Below are positions 14,000-29,583 of a stretch of DNA of 64,000 nucleotides, piece by piece. A model generated the notes under the pieces. That model ran no database searches. It was not told the origin of the DNA and was given only the letters and a program-made list of their open reading frames with translations. The position numbers and the translations under genes were made by a program. The DNA lies in NCBI RefSeq assembly GCF_006345805.1, contig NC_043000.1, positions 61,132,001 through 61,196,000 of the forward strand, written 5' to 3'. Position 1 is the first letter of the stretch. Each line of letters begins with the position of its first letter. The stretch comes from Octopus sinensis (taxonomy: Eukaryota).

Positions 14000-14425
14000 G
14001 AATTCAGATTTAGGTACAAGGTATCAAAATCAGGGGAGTGGGAAAATGGTTTACATCGACCCTAGTACTTAGCTGGTACTTATTCTATTGACCCCGAGGG
14101 ATGAAAAGCAAAGTCAACCTCAGAAGAATTTGAACTCAGAACGCGAAGACGGACGAAATGCTGTTAAGCATTGTAACCGGCGTGCTAACTGTTCTTCCAG
14201 CTCGTAACTTTCTCTGATAAAATATTGGGCGCAAGGCCAGCAATTTTGAGGGAGAGGGAAATCGATTACATCGACTCCAGTGTTCAACTGGCACTTATTT
14301 TATCGACCTTAAAATGATGAACGGCAAAGTCGACCTCGGCGGAATTGGGACTTAGTACTTATGGACGGACGAAATGCCGCTAAGCATTTGGACCGGTGTG
14401 TTAACAATTCTACTTGCTCGCCGCC
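14000..14425 (-). mobile_element. Two tandem family-A SINEs between three copies of an 18-bp target-like repeat
   Basis: Cores at ~14040-14203 and ~14227-14425. TTTCTCTGGTTAAATATT at 13982 and 14426, with a 16/18 match at 14209. Confidence 0.75.
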
Positions 14426-14883
14426 TTTCTCTGGTTAAATATTACTTCACGAATTCCTATTTCGCTCTAAATCCATTCTGTGGTTGACTTATTTCTTCAT
14501 GTAACTTTGCTGTAACATTTTCAGTTACTGTTATAAACCGTTCAGTCGCATAACTCAATCTCTGTGTAGTGTTTTTTCTGATTCCTTTGGTAATGTAACA
14601 AAGATACATTGTTTCACTATGTGTCCCCCTTCATATCTTAGATTACATATGTATGACATTATAACTAGGTTAATGCAATTTAGTTCTTTTAACTGAAATT
14701 TTATCTGCAGCAGTTGCCTTTCTCTCTTTTGTTGTCTACATAGATTCTTTTCAATTTCTTCCAAAAATGTTGTTTTCGCTTGTAGCTTCGAAATTGGACA
14801 TAGGCAGGCGGCCCTTATTATCGCTGAGTTCTTTAATATATGCAAGCTGTTATTTACTCACACATACATACATACACACACAT

Positions 14884-14929
<46 letters not shown>

Positions 14930-14954
14930 TAACTAGATACGTAGATTTAAAAGT

Positions 14955-14991
<37 letters not shown>

Positions 14992-15927
14992 GGAAGAGAG
15001 AGAGACAGAGATAGAGAAATAGGCAGATTCAAGCAACTGAAGGAGACCTTTACGCAGTTGTTTTAACTGCTAGAACTAACAATCACCAAGTCACATTAGG
15101 TGCAATTTCTGATACGGAAACGAGATGATTACAGTTGAAACGTCTTTTATTATAAGTCCGCTTAATCTCAGGGCTAAACCGATGCTAAACAACAATACCA
15201 ACAAAACATACATGAACTAAATAGCTATGCTTCTTTCAGATAAAAGAACCAAATCAACAATAAAAAATACAAAAACATATCTTCCCGAAAATAGTTTGCT
15301 TTGCTTTATTAGTATCTCAATGGACAGAAAAAAGATAGACTGGTTATACATTCATTTCACTGACGAGTCAAAGGTAGTGATGAGATGATTATAGCATTGA
15401 GTGAATGATATACAAATGATCGTTCCTATTATGATTAAAATCTATTTCCCACAACGACATGAAATAGATGATCTTGGTCATTACAACTAAATCAGCTATA
15501 ACACATTATCTATCGATTACTATATTACTTTGTTACTATACCTCTCATTTAATACCACAGAGGAGAATTGAAAATAACTACAATTGCGTACAGACTGTGG
15601 AGAATGGACACTTGTAATCGATGGTGCATACACACACACACACACACACATACATACACGCACATACACACAAATACAGGCACAAACACACATACAGGTC
15701 TGTATGTATGTGTGTATGTGTGTGTGTGTGTCGATATATATATACACACACACACTCATATGCATGTGTGTGGGTATGTATGTAAGTTATGTCTCCCTCT
15801 CTCATATAATAATATGTAAAAATAAGATACAAGGATCGAGGTGTAGGAAGTTAGTAAGCTTCGAACAGTCCGTAGATTTTACCTGCTCCATTCCCTAAAT
15901 TGGGATATGTATATATATATGTATATA

Positions 15928-15994
<67 letters not shown>

Positions 15995-15999
<5 letters not shown>

Positions 16000-16226
16000 C
16001 AAGATAAGGGCAAAAGAAAAATTCTAATGCCAAATATGCCGAAAAAGACAATAATTGTCAATAAACATTATAATTTATGCGTCTCGAAACAAACCGATAG
16101 AAATCTGTAAAACAAATCTATCGGTTTGTTTCGAGACGCATAAATTATAATGGTTTATTGACAATTATTGTCTTTTTTTCGGCATATTTGGCATTAGAAT
16201 TTTTCTTTTGCCCTTATCTTGTAAAT
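15995..16226. repeat. Palindrome, ~107/110-bp arms, 15-nt spacer, next to (TA)n
   Basis: 15995-16101 vs 16117-16226 differ only by short indels. Confidence 0.9.
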
Positions 16227-16429
16227 TATTTATAAATTTAACCTTTAAAGGTATTTTTTGATATGCTGGCCATTGATAACATTTTTTTCCCGAAAAAAAT
16301 TTTATCCTACATTAATTATATATATATATATATATCATTGACTGACGAGGAAAACTCAGCTAAGAATATTTCGTTAAGTTTTTGTCTAGTTTCCCGTTTG
16401 CTCTGCTTTCGTCTAATTTTGTCTCCTTG

Positions 16430-16745
16430 TTACTTACTTACTTTTACTTTTACTTGTTTCAGTCATTTGACTGCGGCCATTCTGGAGCACCGCCTTTAGT
16501 CGAGCAACTCGACCCCGGACTTATTCTTTTTGTAAGCCCAGTACTTATTCTATCAGTCTCTTTTTGCGAACCGCTAAGTGACGGGGAGTAAACACACCAG
16601 CAGTTTTGTCAAGCAATGCTAGGACAAACACAGAACCACAAACATACATATATATATATATTAATATATATATATACATATATACGACAGCTTCTTTCAG
16701 TTTCATCTATCAATCCACCACAAGGCATTGGTCGGCCCGGTTGTG
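16430..16745 (-). mobile_element. Family-B SINE, near-identical to 27950 copy, 5' truncated
   Basis: CAGTCATTTGACTGCGGCCAT..CGCCTTTAGTCGAGCAACTCGACCCC shared. Confidence 0.8.
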
Positions 16746-16764
16746 TACTTTCTGTTCAACCCCA

Positions 16765-16830
<66 letters not shown>

Positions 16831-17059
16831 CATACGTTTTGCAAAGACTTGTGAAATTATTTCAAATAAACTATATTTTTATACAAAAAAATATAAGTCA
16901 CAGAGATTCATGAAAAAAATTTAAGAATACGACGATATAAGGCATAGGCCTCGTTCTAACGATGATGTCAGCAAGTCTTTCTGAACATGAAGGATATAGG
17001 GCAATCATTTTCCGAAGATATCTGGAAATTCTTGATTTCAATTTCAACATATCTTCTTT

Positions 17060-17460
17060 TGCTCTTTCATTCATTGGACTGCGGCCATGCTGAAGCACTA
17101 CTTTGAAGGATTTTAGTCAAACGAATCAACCTTAGGAATTTATTCGTTTTAAAACCTGGTACTTATTTTATTAGTAACCTATGCCACACCGTTAAGTTAA
17201 CAAGTCAAACAAGTCAAAACCGGTTGTCAAACACCAGCACGAAGACGCACACACACACAAACATACCACACACACACACACACAGACACACACATACACA
17301 GACACAGACACAGACACACACACACACTCATGCACACATGTACGACGGACCTTTTTCAGTTTCCATGTATCAGATCCACTCAAGGCTTTGAAGACACTTA
17401 ATCGAGGTGCTACGGAATGGGACTGAACTCTGAACTTTGAGGTTGTGAAGCAAACATCTT
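17060..17460 (-). mobile_element. Family-B SINE, diverged
   Basis: CATTGGACTGCGGCCATGCTG tail and GGGACTGAACTC head. Confidence 0.7.
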
Positions 17461-18592
17461 ATCTCACAGCCACATCTTTTCCTATTATATCAGATAATTT
17501 CAATATGATCAAAGTTTGGTCATTGTTCACGGTAAAACAATATTTCAGTTTCATGATTTTAAAGAAATGTATTGGCTAAATTCATAAAAACGATAGAGGC
17601 ATTGCCATGTTCGTATATTGTAAGTATGGTAAAAGTTAACTGTGATACAAAATGTGATATAAAACGAAGAAGAAATCGATACAACTTTAGACGTTGCTTG
17701 TCGTACTTCGACAAGGAAGTGATTATCTGCTTTCTGTAACTCGTGGCTAGTTTAGTGAATTTTCATTTATCGCTTTTTAGTTTTTACTATAAAACCTAGT
17801 TGCTTATATTGTTTAGACAAAAGTAGTTCTTATCAAGCAGGCGTAAGATATAAGATATACTCCTGCTTTGATATGCCCGTTGTTTGTTTTCAGGCATTTT
17901 TATTTTCAGAACTACATTGTCCACTGCCTCCCGCTTTCTTTGTTTGTTAAAAAACGTTAAGTGTAATCGAAAGAAAACTCGGTTGCTATTTCTAGCCGGT
18001 ACAGTGACAACCTAGATATTTCTTTGTTGACACATATTTTGTTATCCACAAACCAGTTTTATTTGGTTATTTATTCCATGTATTGAAATTAATAAAGTAT
18101 GTAATCGCATTTTCGTCGCCTTCATCTTGATAATCATGAAACTATGTGAACTTAATCACGAATTAAACAAAGCTTTCCCTTTCTTAGGAGGCGATAAATA
18201 ATTCAACTAATCAGAATGATTAGTCTTAAAATAGACAACTTCCTCTACTTAATTATACTGGAAAGAAAACATTAAAATGTAATGACAAAGCTTAAAGGAA
18301 AAGAATATGGCATGAACATTTTAAAAATTGCGGTAAAATGACAAAATTGAAAAGAAAGGAAAAACAAAGGTTTAAAAGAATAAGATTAGATCAAACATGG
18401 CCACAGTAATTTAATTATAAGAAAGAAATTCTCTATTTTGCAGTGATTGTTCTGTATTACGCTTGTAAGAGTTTCTGGAAGTATGGCAATATATTGGCCA
18501 AACACGAATACATACATACATACATACACACATACATACATACATACATACATACATACATACATACATTCATGCATATATATATATATACA

Positions 18593-19670
<1,078 letters not shown>

Positions 19671-19744
19671 CCACACATATCACACATTTATATGTTAATA
19701 AGTATTTAAATCCGTGTATGTATAAATGCATCTATATCTATCTG

Positions 19745-19805
<61 letters not shown>

Positions 19806-20404
19806 TTCTATGATACAATTTATTTAAGATATAGTTTATTTATATATTATAACACTGAATTTCGCATTTTGCAGATTTCAAGTAAAATGTTTGTGATCAT
19901 ATCAACAGTATAAATTAATAGGTATATAGTTTTTCAGATCTATTTAAATAGTCTGGAAAAATCTCTTTGTGAATATTCTCAAATTTTGCATTGTAATGCA
20001 TTTCTAACTTACATTGTGTATTATATTCACACATATGACAGAAGAATGTGTATACTTGTATATGTGTTTGTGTACTCGAGATACGGCAAGACACAATCAC
20101 TCAGCATGAGATTTAGTGAAACGAAATTTCCATGATACTTTGAATTTTAGCAAGAGATTATTTTTGGTATATGATACACTGTTAAGCCAGACAGTAATTT
20201 ACTGATCTGTATATAGTAAATAAGTTAGTCTTTTGTCAGACATACATCAAAAGTAATGTTTGATATTATTGAAAGAAACGAAACAAAGAACTAAAATAAC
20301 AAATTCGTATCATGTTATTATATAGCAGATAATGGATTTTAAAGTATCGAATGTATACTACATATATACATGCATACATATATACATACATACAAACACA
20401 CACA

Positions 20405-20494
<90 letters not shown>

Positions 20495-22129
20495 GTGTGT
20501 GTGTGTGCGAGTGTCTGTGTATATGACATATATATATATATATGTATATGTGTGTGTGTACATATATGTATACATGTATACGTACATATATATATGTCTC
20601 TCAATATAACCACATATGTGTATATATTACTTATAAGTATACACACACATATATACTTGTACACATACTGATATACCATAAGACATGTGTATTTACTATA
20701 ATTCAGTATATGTGATTACATTAAATACACACATGCACACATAATATCCCCACTATTTTATGTATATGTGTATGTATATAACTGACTAATTGAGAGTGTA
20801 CATAAATGCTTTTGCAACTTGCTTTGAATGTTGAATTGCATTTTCTGAAGTCTTGTCTTAGATTTTGAAAGGATATTAATTATCTTTCGAAACAAACTGA
20901 GCTGCTAGAGATCTAAATAGCCATATAACGTCTGAAAGAAAGTCGGTGAATATCCGAGAGACCTTTATAGAATTTTATGAAGTTCAACATTAATTAAATT
21001 TTGTATAATGTCGTGATAATATTTTGAAGCTACTGAATAACGTTACCTGGTTTCACAAAGTGAATATACTGCTTGATTATCATTTCATGACTGAGTTCAT
21101 AATTATTACATAAAATTCTGTCTCTGAGCGTGGTAGATAAATGCCTTAGAGCTAAGTTAGTTGTAAAGATTTAGCTCATTTATTTTATGTCGTTAGTTGC
21201 TAGTCGTTAGCAGATAATAGTTTTATTAGGGACATACCAGATTAGTTTCCTGGGATAGACTAATTTGGTAACCAGACAATTACTTCTTTTTTATCTCATT
21301 TCCTTATTACTGCAGACAGACTGAAGTTTTATTACCATTAAGCATTTTGATGTGATTCTTATGCTCATATAGTGTCGCACTTTAAAATAACCGTTCCTAA
21401 ATGTTTTCCTTTGGTTAAAAAGTAAATACACGGTTGTCTTTCTTAAAATATAAACATGGAAGCATTAACTATTCTCCATCATGTTTGAAAGTGAAACATT
21501 ACTCTGGGTTTCGCTTAAATTCACTAAGTCGTTATGTTTGAGCGTAGAGTTATTCTTGTAGGAACAATACCAGTACAATATATTTCTCTCTCACCATGTT
21601 AAAATTAGTCAAAGTTTTAATAGTTAGTTTAGCGGGTTAGTAAGCGGGTTCTATATTGGTGCTTTATATACTAATTACACTTGCATAGGCTTATAACATG
21701 ATGCTTTATACTTTCTTGTGTCATGTTGAAAGTGCAGTTTCTTTGATATAGCAAGGGAATTCAAATAGCTAGAGTGAATCGTAACCAAATTCCCTCCATT
21801 GCACCATATCATCTTAAAAAAAAGACAGATTGGACAATGTAGTCCTAGCTATACGGAATGATTACGATTGGAGCGCGTTTGATTATAAGTTTGCACAATC
21901 AGAGAGAACCTATAATTTGCTGCTTGTGTATCCCTCTCCACACTGCACTCGTTACATAATTATCGTGAAAAATTTTCTCTTTTCACTATGCCCTGTTCAC
22001 CAATATGCACACAGCACTCACACACATAAACGTGCAACAGTACCTCTGGTCCTTTTAAATCAACAAGGGTACAGATCACAAAAATGTCCTTCCTATTACA
22101 CTCAAACAATGCAACTAAGAGCTGGTTCA

Positions 22130-22600
22130 TATGCTCAACAAACTTTTCATCCTCTTCCTACAGAGGCACATCCCGATCTCTGGAAACACTATCACATATC
22201 CTGTTCTAAAGAAGGGTAACCCGCTCTGATCTTGTTGTGTAACATAGTATTGCACTCAGTTTGAACATCACCACATTGGTGGATGCTGACAGCCATCAAA
22301 AGCAACTTTATCCAACACATTGAACCTCTCTTCCTCCTTATGACTAATTAGCATAGCTTTCGAAAAGCCAGATCTGGGGATCAACTTCCAGTGGGTTCTT
22401 CTGAAAAATTTAATGAAATCAGTGTTGTTTCTCTTGACATCAGCAAAGTTGACAAAACTGACCACCTATCAGATTCCATCTTTCTTTTGTCTCTTGCAAT
22501 AGAATCTTCTTGCCAGATCACAACATCGTGGTATTTGGTGATGGACTTCTCTTTGACTCGCATTGTACCTGCTCTGATGTGCAGCTGATTTCATTATTTC
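22130..22600 (+). pseudogene. Jockey/CR1-group LINE RT remnant
   Basis: PVLKKGN, HSFRKARSGD and VSLDISKVDK (cf. PVPKKG..YGFRKARST..LDISKAFDKV) with stops and frameshifts. Confidence 0.7.
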
Positions 22601-22751
22601 CTTCTCTTACTAGTTTCCGTCCTCTCCAACGATGCCCACCACGATACATATCTCAGCACATTTATTTACTGTAGGGAGATGAAAGTGGGTTCCCATTGAC
22701 TCATACATTACACAACATATTAGGCAACATATATTGATACATATACCAAAA

Positions 22752-22800
<49 letters not shown>

Positions 22801-22926
22801 CACTTTTATATGCACACATGCACACCGCTGTATACATACGTATCTAAACATGTATGTGTGGGTGCGTATGCATTACACTTTGAAATACATACTCTGCAAG
22901 AATAATGTAGTTAGCATATTCAAAGA

Positions 22927-22966
<40 letters not shown>

Positions 22967-23608
22967 TGGGGAGGGGGAGAGAAATAAGGCTGGGGCAGGG
23001 AGAGAGATGTGGAGAGGGAGAGAAAGTGGAAGAAAGACAGAGAGAAAGATAGAAGGGAGAGAGAGAAAGAGAGAGAGGGAGAGGCAGAGAGAGTGAAAGA
23101 GAGGGCCATGAAAAAATATACCAGATTCATAAATTTAACCAGCATCTTGCATTGGTAAGTATAAATTATAACGTTGCCTGTAGGAAACAAAGGTATAATT
23201 TATAGTGATTATTGCTATTGCAATATGCGCTGCAATTTATAATTTTTTATGATATGGTTGCGTTATGAAATACATTTCTAGAGAAAGGGATGGCCAACTA
23301 AATACCTCATAGTGTTTAATTCTGTACTTCTTGGTTTCTTTCATCAGTAGAAATATATAATATACAATTCAAAAGAATATGCCAACCTATTCTATCAAAT
23401 TAAATTAGCCAATAAAGGAGCCTGTACATAATCAGTTTCCCTGCTAGAAGTAACAGACAAATCTTCACTAAATTATACTCAATCGTTTTAAAATACGAAG
23501 CATATTTTAGACAATGCCGCGCCTAGATACACTATATAAAAGATGACATGTCTACTCAGAAACACACACACACCACACATTATATATATAATATATATAT
23601 ATATATAG

Positions 23609-23658
<50 letters not shown>

Positions 23659-23855
23659 TATATGTATAAAAAACACACAAATTTCCATACGAAAGCAAGT
23701 GATCTCTGCCCTTGGCATGTAGCTTCATCCGTGTTTTTCTGACGTGAATTTGCTACCCAGGTATCGGTTAACCGAATATCCATACTAAGATAATTCATTC
23801 AACTACTTAAATATATATGTATGTGTATGTATATACATATATATATATAATATAG

Positions 23856-23990
23856 TATACATGTAGGCACATATACATACATATAAGTGTAAGCGTAAGC
23901 ACATATACATATGCACATACACACCATATATGTTATAGGTGCATACATACATACATAATATATATGTGTATATATATATATGTATATATA

Positions 23991-24055
<65 letters not shown>

Positions 24056-24245
24056 TAAATTAGAGACAAACCACTATTATGCAAATCAAACAAAGAAAGA
24101 CTTAATCCAATACATAAATTAATTTATATTATTTAGAAATTTAAACAATTATTAATATCCACTACGATCGTTTAATGTCTTCTTTTTTCATCAATCTTTG
24201 AGTAGTAGACTTCTTCAGGTGGTTTCAAATATGTATGTATGTATA

Positions 24246-24318
<73 letters not shown>

Positions 24319-24600
24319 GGCACATATACATACATATAAGTGTAAGCGTAAGCACAATACATATACATATGCACATACACCCATATATGTATAGGTGCAT
24401 ACATACATACATACATATTTGAAACCACCTGAAGAATGTCTACTACTCAAAGATGTGATGAAAAGAAGACATTAAACGATCGTAGTGGATATTAATAATT
24501 GTTAAATTTCTAAATAATATAAATTAATTTATGTATTGGATTAAGTCTTTCTTTGTTTGATTTGCATAATAGTGGTTTTGTCTCTAATTTAATATAATAT
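23856..24600. repeat. A-B'-A-B local duplication/inversion around (AT)n tracts
   Basis: A at ~23856-23957 and ~24309-24417 (direct); B' ~24049-24236 is the reverse complement of B ~24410-24600. Differences are mostly 1-bp indels. Confidence 0.85.
24425..24488 (+). ncRNA. Degenerate type I hammerhead (G12->U)
   Basis: Stem I CCAC/GTGG; CTGAAGA 24429-35; stem II ATGTCT/AGACAT; TAAA in place of GAAA; palindromic stem III ACGATCGT; GUA triplet. Inverted copy at 24159-24222. Confidence 0.6.
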
Positions 24601-24682
24601 AATATTTTACCATAAAATTGGATTCAATCCTAAATCTGATTTTTCCCTGTAAGTTTGGATTATTCCCTAATATTTATTATTA

Positions 24683-24788
<106 letters not shown>

Positions 24789-25689
24789 ACATATATACAT
24801 ATATATATATATTTTAAAAGGGTTGAATTTGGATTCGTTGTTTAATTGGAGCAGTTTCCAAAAGATTTCTAACGTTGATTCTTCATACTTTACTTTGAAT
24901 CTTCTGGTGTAAATTGGCGTAGATATGAAAGGTTATATAAGTATATTAAGTATATGATTTAAATAATAGGACGACAAATTCAATAACACTTTTCGAAAAT
25001 GGAGGAGATTAGTTGTTAATATGGAATAAAATATTTTTTATTCATTTCGCTATACGATCGTTTCGTACAGAAGGACAATAAATTCATTTTAAGAATCTGA
25101 GTTGTCAAAGAGCACTCACCAGTAATACAATAAGAAAGAAATGATAAAGACTAAGTAAAGAAAAATAGGGACGTTAGAGTTACTTGGGTATGGTGTTCTT
25201 ACTACATGTCGATTTAACACACGCCCAAGAATTACGCATTACAAGAATTAGTAAGAACGTCACACACGTGTAACTCTAAAGTCCCCTTTTTTCCTTACTT
25301 TGTTTCTATTATTTTTTTGTTATTGTGCTACCGATGAGTACTCTTCAACAACTCAGATTCTTAAAATGAATTTATTGCCTTTCTGTACGAAACGATTGTA
25401 TAGCGAAATGAATAAAACATATTTTATTCCATATTAACATCTAGTCTCCTTCATTTACGAAAAATATGATTGAATTTGTCGAACTTCGTTCTCTTACTTA
25501 TATCATACACTTAACATACATATACATATATATTCATACATGCATATATATATATATATATATATATCCTATGGCTGTGTGTGTATCTGTGCGCACACGT
25601 CTGTGTTCACGCGCATGTGTGTATCCTTCGTCAACTGCTCTGCTTTTGTGCTGTAGGCAGAGCGGTTGGTGTCGTTGTCAACCGCGCCC

Positions 25690-26285
25690 CTTACATATTA
25701 ATCCACAGGATTACCATCGGGTGAATTAGGAGTCCAGGAATTGTTGCTAGTGAAGTCGTAAAAATTATTGAACAATCTTCCGGAGGGAAGGTAAGGAGCC
25801 AAAGCCTGCTGCCATATATATGGCCCTTGAGCAGCAAATGTCTCCAGCCACGGATTGACTGGAGTCTTTAGAAGCTTCACACAACCGTCTGGATTGAGTT
25901 TAAGGCTCTGTTCGAAAATGTCGAGAAGTAATCCATCGCGCGGACACAGTCAGAGCAGAGGCTACATCATCCCTTCCTGTTGGACACGGCTTCATGTTTC
26001 TTTTGCAGGTGCCCATGTCACGCTTTATAGCTTTTACAGTATTCACAGGCCATTGAGCTACAGTCATGATGTCGGCATTTTGATACCCGGCGCGAATCAT
26101 CAGGATACAGGTAACTCTTTTTCAGTATTCAGATGCCTTCCAGTCCTCCATGTCAGCTAACTTTTTCTCAACTACAACTTTAATCTTTATGCTCTCCAAT
26201 GCCGTTGACAGTTCAGTGATAGATCAAACTGTTCCTGAAAAAAAAGGAGACATAAAAGATCGTCAAATTTATCCCGAACACCCTG
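25690..26285 (-). mobile_element. Internally deleted Tc1/mariner element remnant
   Basis: Terminus TA|CAGGGTGTTCGGGATAAA at 26285 (minus). GPYIWQQALAP..NNFYDFTSNNSWTPNSPDGNPVD resembles the QQDSAP..WPPNSPDLNP motifs. Confidence 0.8.
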
Positions 26286-26376
26286 TATGTGTGAGTGTGT
26301 GTGTGTATGTGTGTGTGTGTGTGTGCATACACCCCCATACACACTTATATGAATATACGCGTGTGTGTGGTGTGTG

Positions 26377-26408
<32 letters not shown>

Positions 26409-26409
26409 G

Positions 26410-26443
<34 letters not shown>

Positions 26444-27384
26444 TGTATGTATGTGTGTATGTGTGTAAGTGTGCGTGTGTGTATGTATGTAAGTATGCAT
26501 GTATGCATCACCAAAGAATATAAGCGTCTGCACGAAAGCTGAAAAGTAGTGATTTTCAAACGAGGTTCCTCATAATATTTGTCCGGCAATTCCTTGTTAC
26601 TCTGCCAAAAGTGCAGCTAACTAATAACAGACTATAAGAAATCTGCCATAAACGATGCTATAGTTCACCACTATTTAACTCTTTACGCCATAGGGAAATG
26701 TATATCTCAATAAATTCTGAAATGAAGCTACTCAACGGCCTGTGCCTATCTAGTCATCAGCAATCAAATGTATTGCCAATCTAATTATAAAATAGTCATT
26801 AATTGTAAATACTCTAATCATTGGCATTATCAACATTAGATTATCGTTTCTCATTGTTATCAATATGAACGGATGTAATCTTGCTAATTACTCCCAGCTC
26901 ATCATCAAAGACAGGAAGACAGAATAACGCTGAAATAATTAATGATAATATTATTAATAGTCAGTTAAGCAATAATTAGCATGAAATACCTAAAAGGAAG
27001 CATTATGATTTTCGTTATTAGTTATTGAATATTTCTGTTGGAAATTTTCCCTAATAAACTTGTATCTTTCTTTCGTGTTATATTCGGCTTTCTTGTGTAT
27101 TACATTCATATAAAATATATAAGCTGTAGGATTCATTTTAATTAGGAGCTAAAGAAAATTTAACTTGACATGCTTGATCGTTATGTCTTTTAAAATGGCA
27201 TTAGATGCCTAAATAACATAATATGATTTACAGCAGGTATCAATACCTGTGTTATGTAATCGATGCATCTGGAGCATACCTTTTTCTCTACGGTGTCCGC
27301 AAACATATTGTCGACTATTTTAAAGTGTGAATTAATTCCAGTTGTCAGGATATGTTTGTATATCATATACACCTGACTGTGTCA

Positions 27385-27790
27385 GTCATTGGACTGCAGC
27401 CAAGATGGGGCACCATCTAAAAGGTTTTAGTCGAATAAATCAACTCCAGTATGTCTTGTTCTTGTTGAGTCTGGCACTTACTCTGTAGGTTAGTTCGCAG
27501 AACTGCTAAGTTCTGGGGACGCAAACAAACCATCACCAGTTATCACGTGATAAGTAGGGGATAGATAGAAACATAAAGGCACATACACATAGATACTCAT
27601 AAACGCATACGTATACAAACGCACACAGATTCACATACACACACACACATATTGACGGGCTCCCTGACAGTTTCCGCCTACCAAATTCACGCATAAGGCA
27701 TTGGCCATCCCAATGTTATAGTAGAAGATATTCACCTAAGGTGTGACCTGTAGATTATGAAATGTAGTGAAGAGGCTTAAGGAAGAATGT
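27385..27790 (-). mobile_element. Family-B SINE, diverged
   Basis: CAGTCATTGGACTGCAGCC tail; CAGTTTCCGCCTACCAAATTCAC segment. Confidence 0.65.
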
Positions 27791-27949
27791 GATCCGGTAT
27801 AATAATCTCGCAGCATTATTTCTAGATTACAGTTGTTCTGCACTGAGTTACGCTGTCATTCACGCTGACGGAAATGCAATAAGCTAACAACACTGTCGTT
27901 GATGCCTGCCACCAACGGCGCTACTGTTTGTCACTTTTGAGCTCTCTCT

Positions 27950-28168
27950 TTACTCTTTTACTTGTTTCAGTCATTTGACTGCGGCCATGCTGGAGCACCG
28001 CCTTTAGTCGAGCAACTCGACCCCGGGACTTATTCTTTGTAAGCCCAGTACTTATTCTATCGGTCTCTTTTGCCGAACCGCTAAGTGACGGGGACGTAAA
28101 CACACCAGCATCGGTTGTCAAGCAATGCTAGGGGGACAAACATAGACACACAAACATATACACACACA

Positions 28169-28210
<42 letters not shown>

Positions 28211-28378
28211 TACGACAGGCTTCTTTCAGTTTCCGTCTACCAAATTCACTCACAAGGCATTGGTCGGCCCGGGGCTATAGCAGAAGACACTTGCCCAAGA
28301 TGCCACGCAGTGGGACTGAACCCGGAACCATGTGGTTTGTTAGCAAGCTACTTACGACGCAGCCACTCCTGCGCCTAT
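27950..28378 (-). mobile_element. Composite tRNA-derived SINE, family B (head + CORE-like + microsatellite + tail)
   Basis: Minus strand starts GGCGCAGGAGTGGCTG..GGTTCCGGGTTCAGTCCC, then CTTGGGCAAGTGTCTT, an internal (TA)/(TG) tract, and ends CAGTCAAATGACTGAAACAAGTAAAAGAG. Confidence 0.85.
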
Positions 28379-29540
28379 ACAATAACTGTATACAATAACT
28401 AAACATAATATCTTTAAAGTGATGCTACTTAATGTTCTTTGCCTAGATAGTGATCAGAAGTCAAATGTATTACAAAGAAACATAAATTGTAACTCTAGTC
28501 ATTCGCATTATCAACATTAGAATATAACTTGTCATTGTTATGAATATGAACGGATGTGATCTTGCTTATTACTCTTAGCGAGCCTACCCTATCTACCATG
28601 TTTTTCCGTTCCAGGTTCAATGAGTTTCATTTAATACACTAAAGGTTTTGAGAAAGGAACTTAGCAACTTCCTAATCCGTTTTCTTTTATACATATACTG
28701 CTTTTGAATCTAGTCGAAGTTAAACCAATAATTATGAAAAGAAACTGTTGGAATTGTGAGAGAGAAGGAAAGAGAGAGAAAGAGAGAGAGTAAGAGAGAA
28801 AGAGAGAGAGCGAGAGAGAGCGAGAGAGAGAGAGAGAGAGAGAGATAAGGTACTCTATGATGAAAAGGTAATGTGTTTATCAAAGCGTACGACAGAGAAG
28901 GCTAGATCTAATCTTAATACTTTAGAGTTCTGCTGCTTCTTCGCAGATTAGGTACTTAGGCAGGAAGTTATTTATCATATTCTAAACGCGGGATGTTTGA
29001 CACTGAGGTCATATTAAGAAATACTTTAAGAATTACTCTAAAGGTAACATTGTCAGAGAAAACTCGCCAAAATTTCATCGAATATGTATTATCTTTATAG
29101 CAATTGAAGATTAATCGGTGTGCTTAAAATTATGAAATTTTATAATTGCTATTAAAGCACATACCACAATTACTTTCGCCATTTCAAACCAGCCAAAATT
29201 CGCTCATGTGGCACCTACTTTCTTAAAAATATGACAACACTAACTAATGTACCTTATACATAGATACATAGGGACATAAATCTAAACACACACACATGCA
29301 CATACATGCACACACGTGCACACACATGCACACGCACGCACGCACACACGCACACACACATGCACGCGCACACATTCACTTCATTGGGCAATTACCCAGT
29401 GCATCCCCTTTTCCAAGACATACAATACACACACACACACTCATTACACACACACACACACTCATACCTGTCTATGTGTATGTATATGTATATATGTGCT
29501 TATATATATAAATACATTTATAGTGTGTCTGTGCGTGTAC

Positions 29541-29583
<43 letters not shown>

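Noticed and set aside
16020-16065. CTAATGCCAAATATGCCGAAAAAGACAATAATTGTC as a possible hammerhead
   Set aside because: Several core positions are non-consensus in both loci of a young family.
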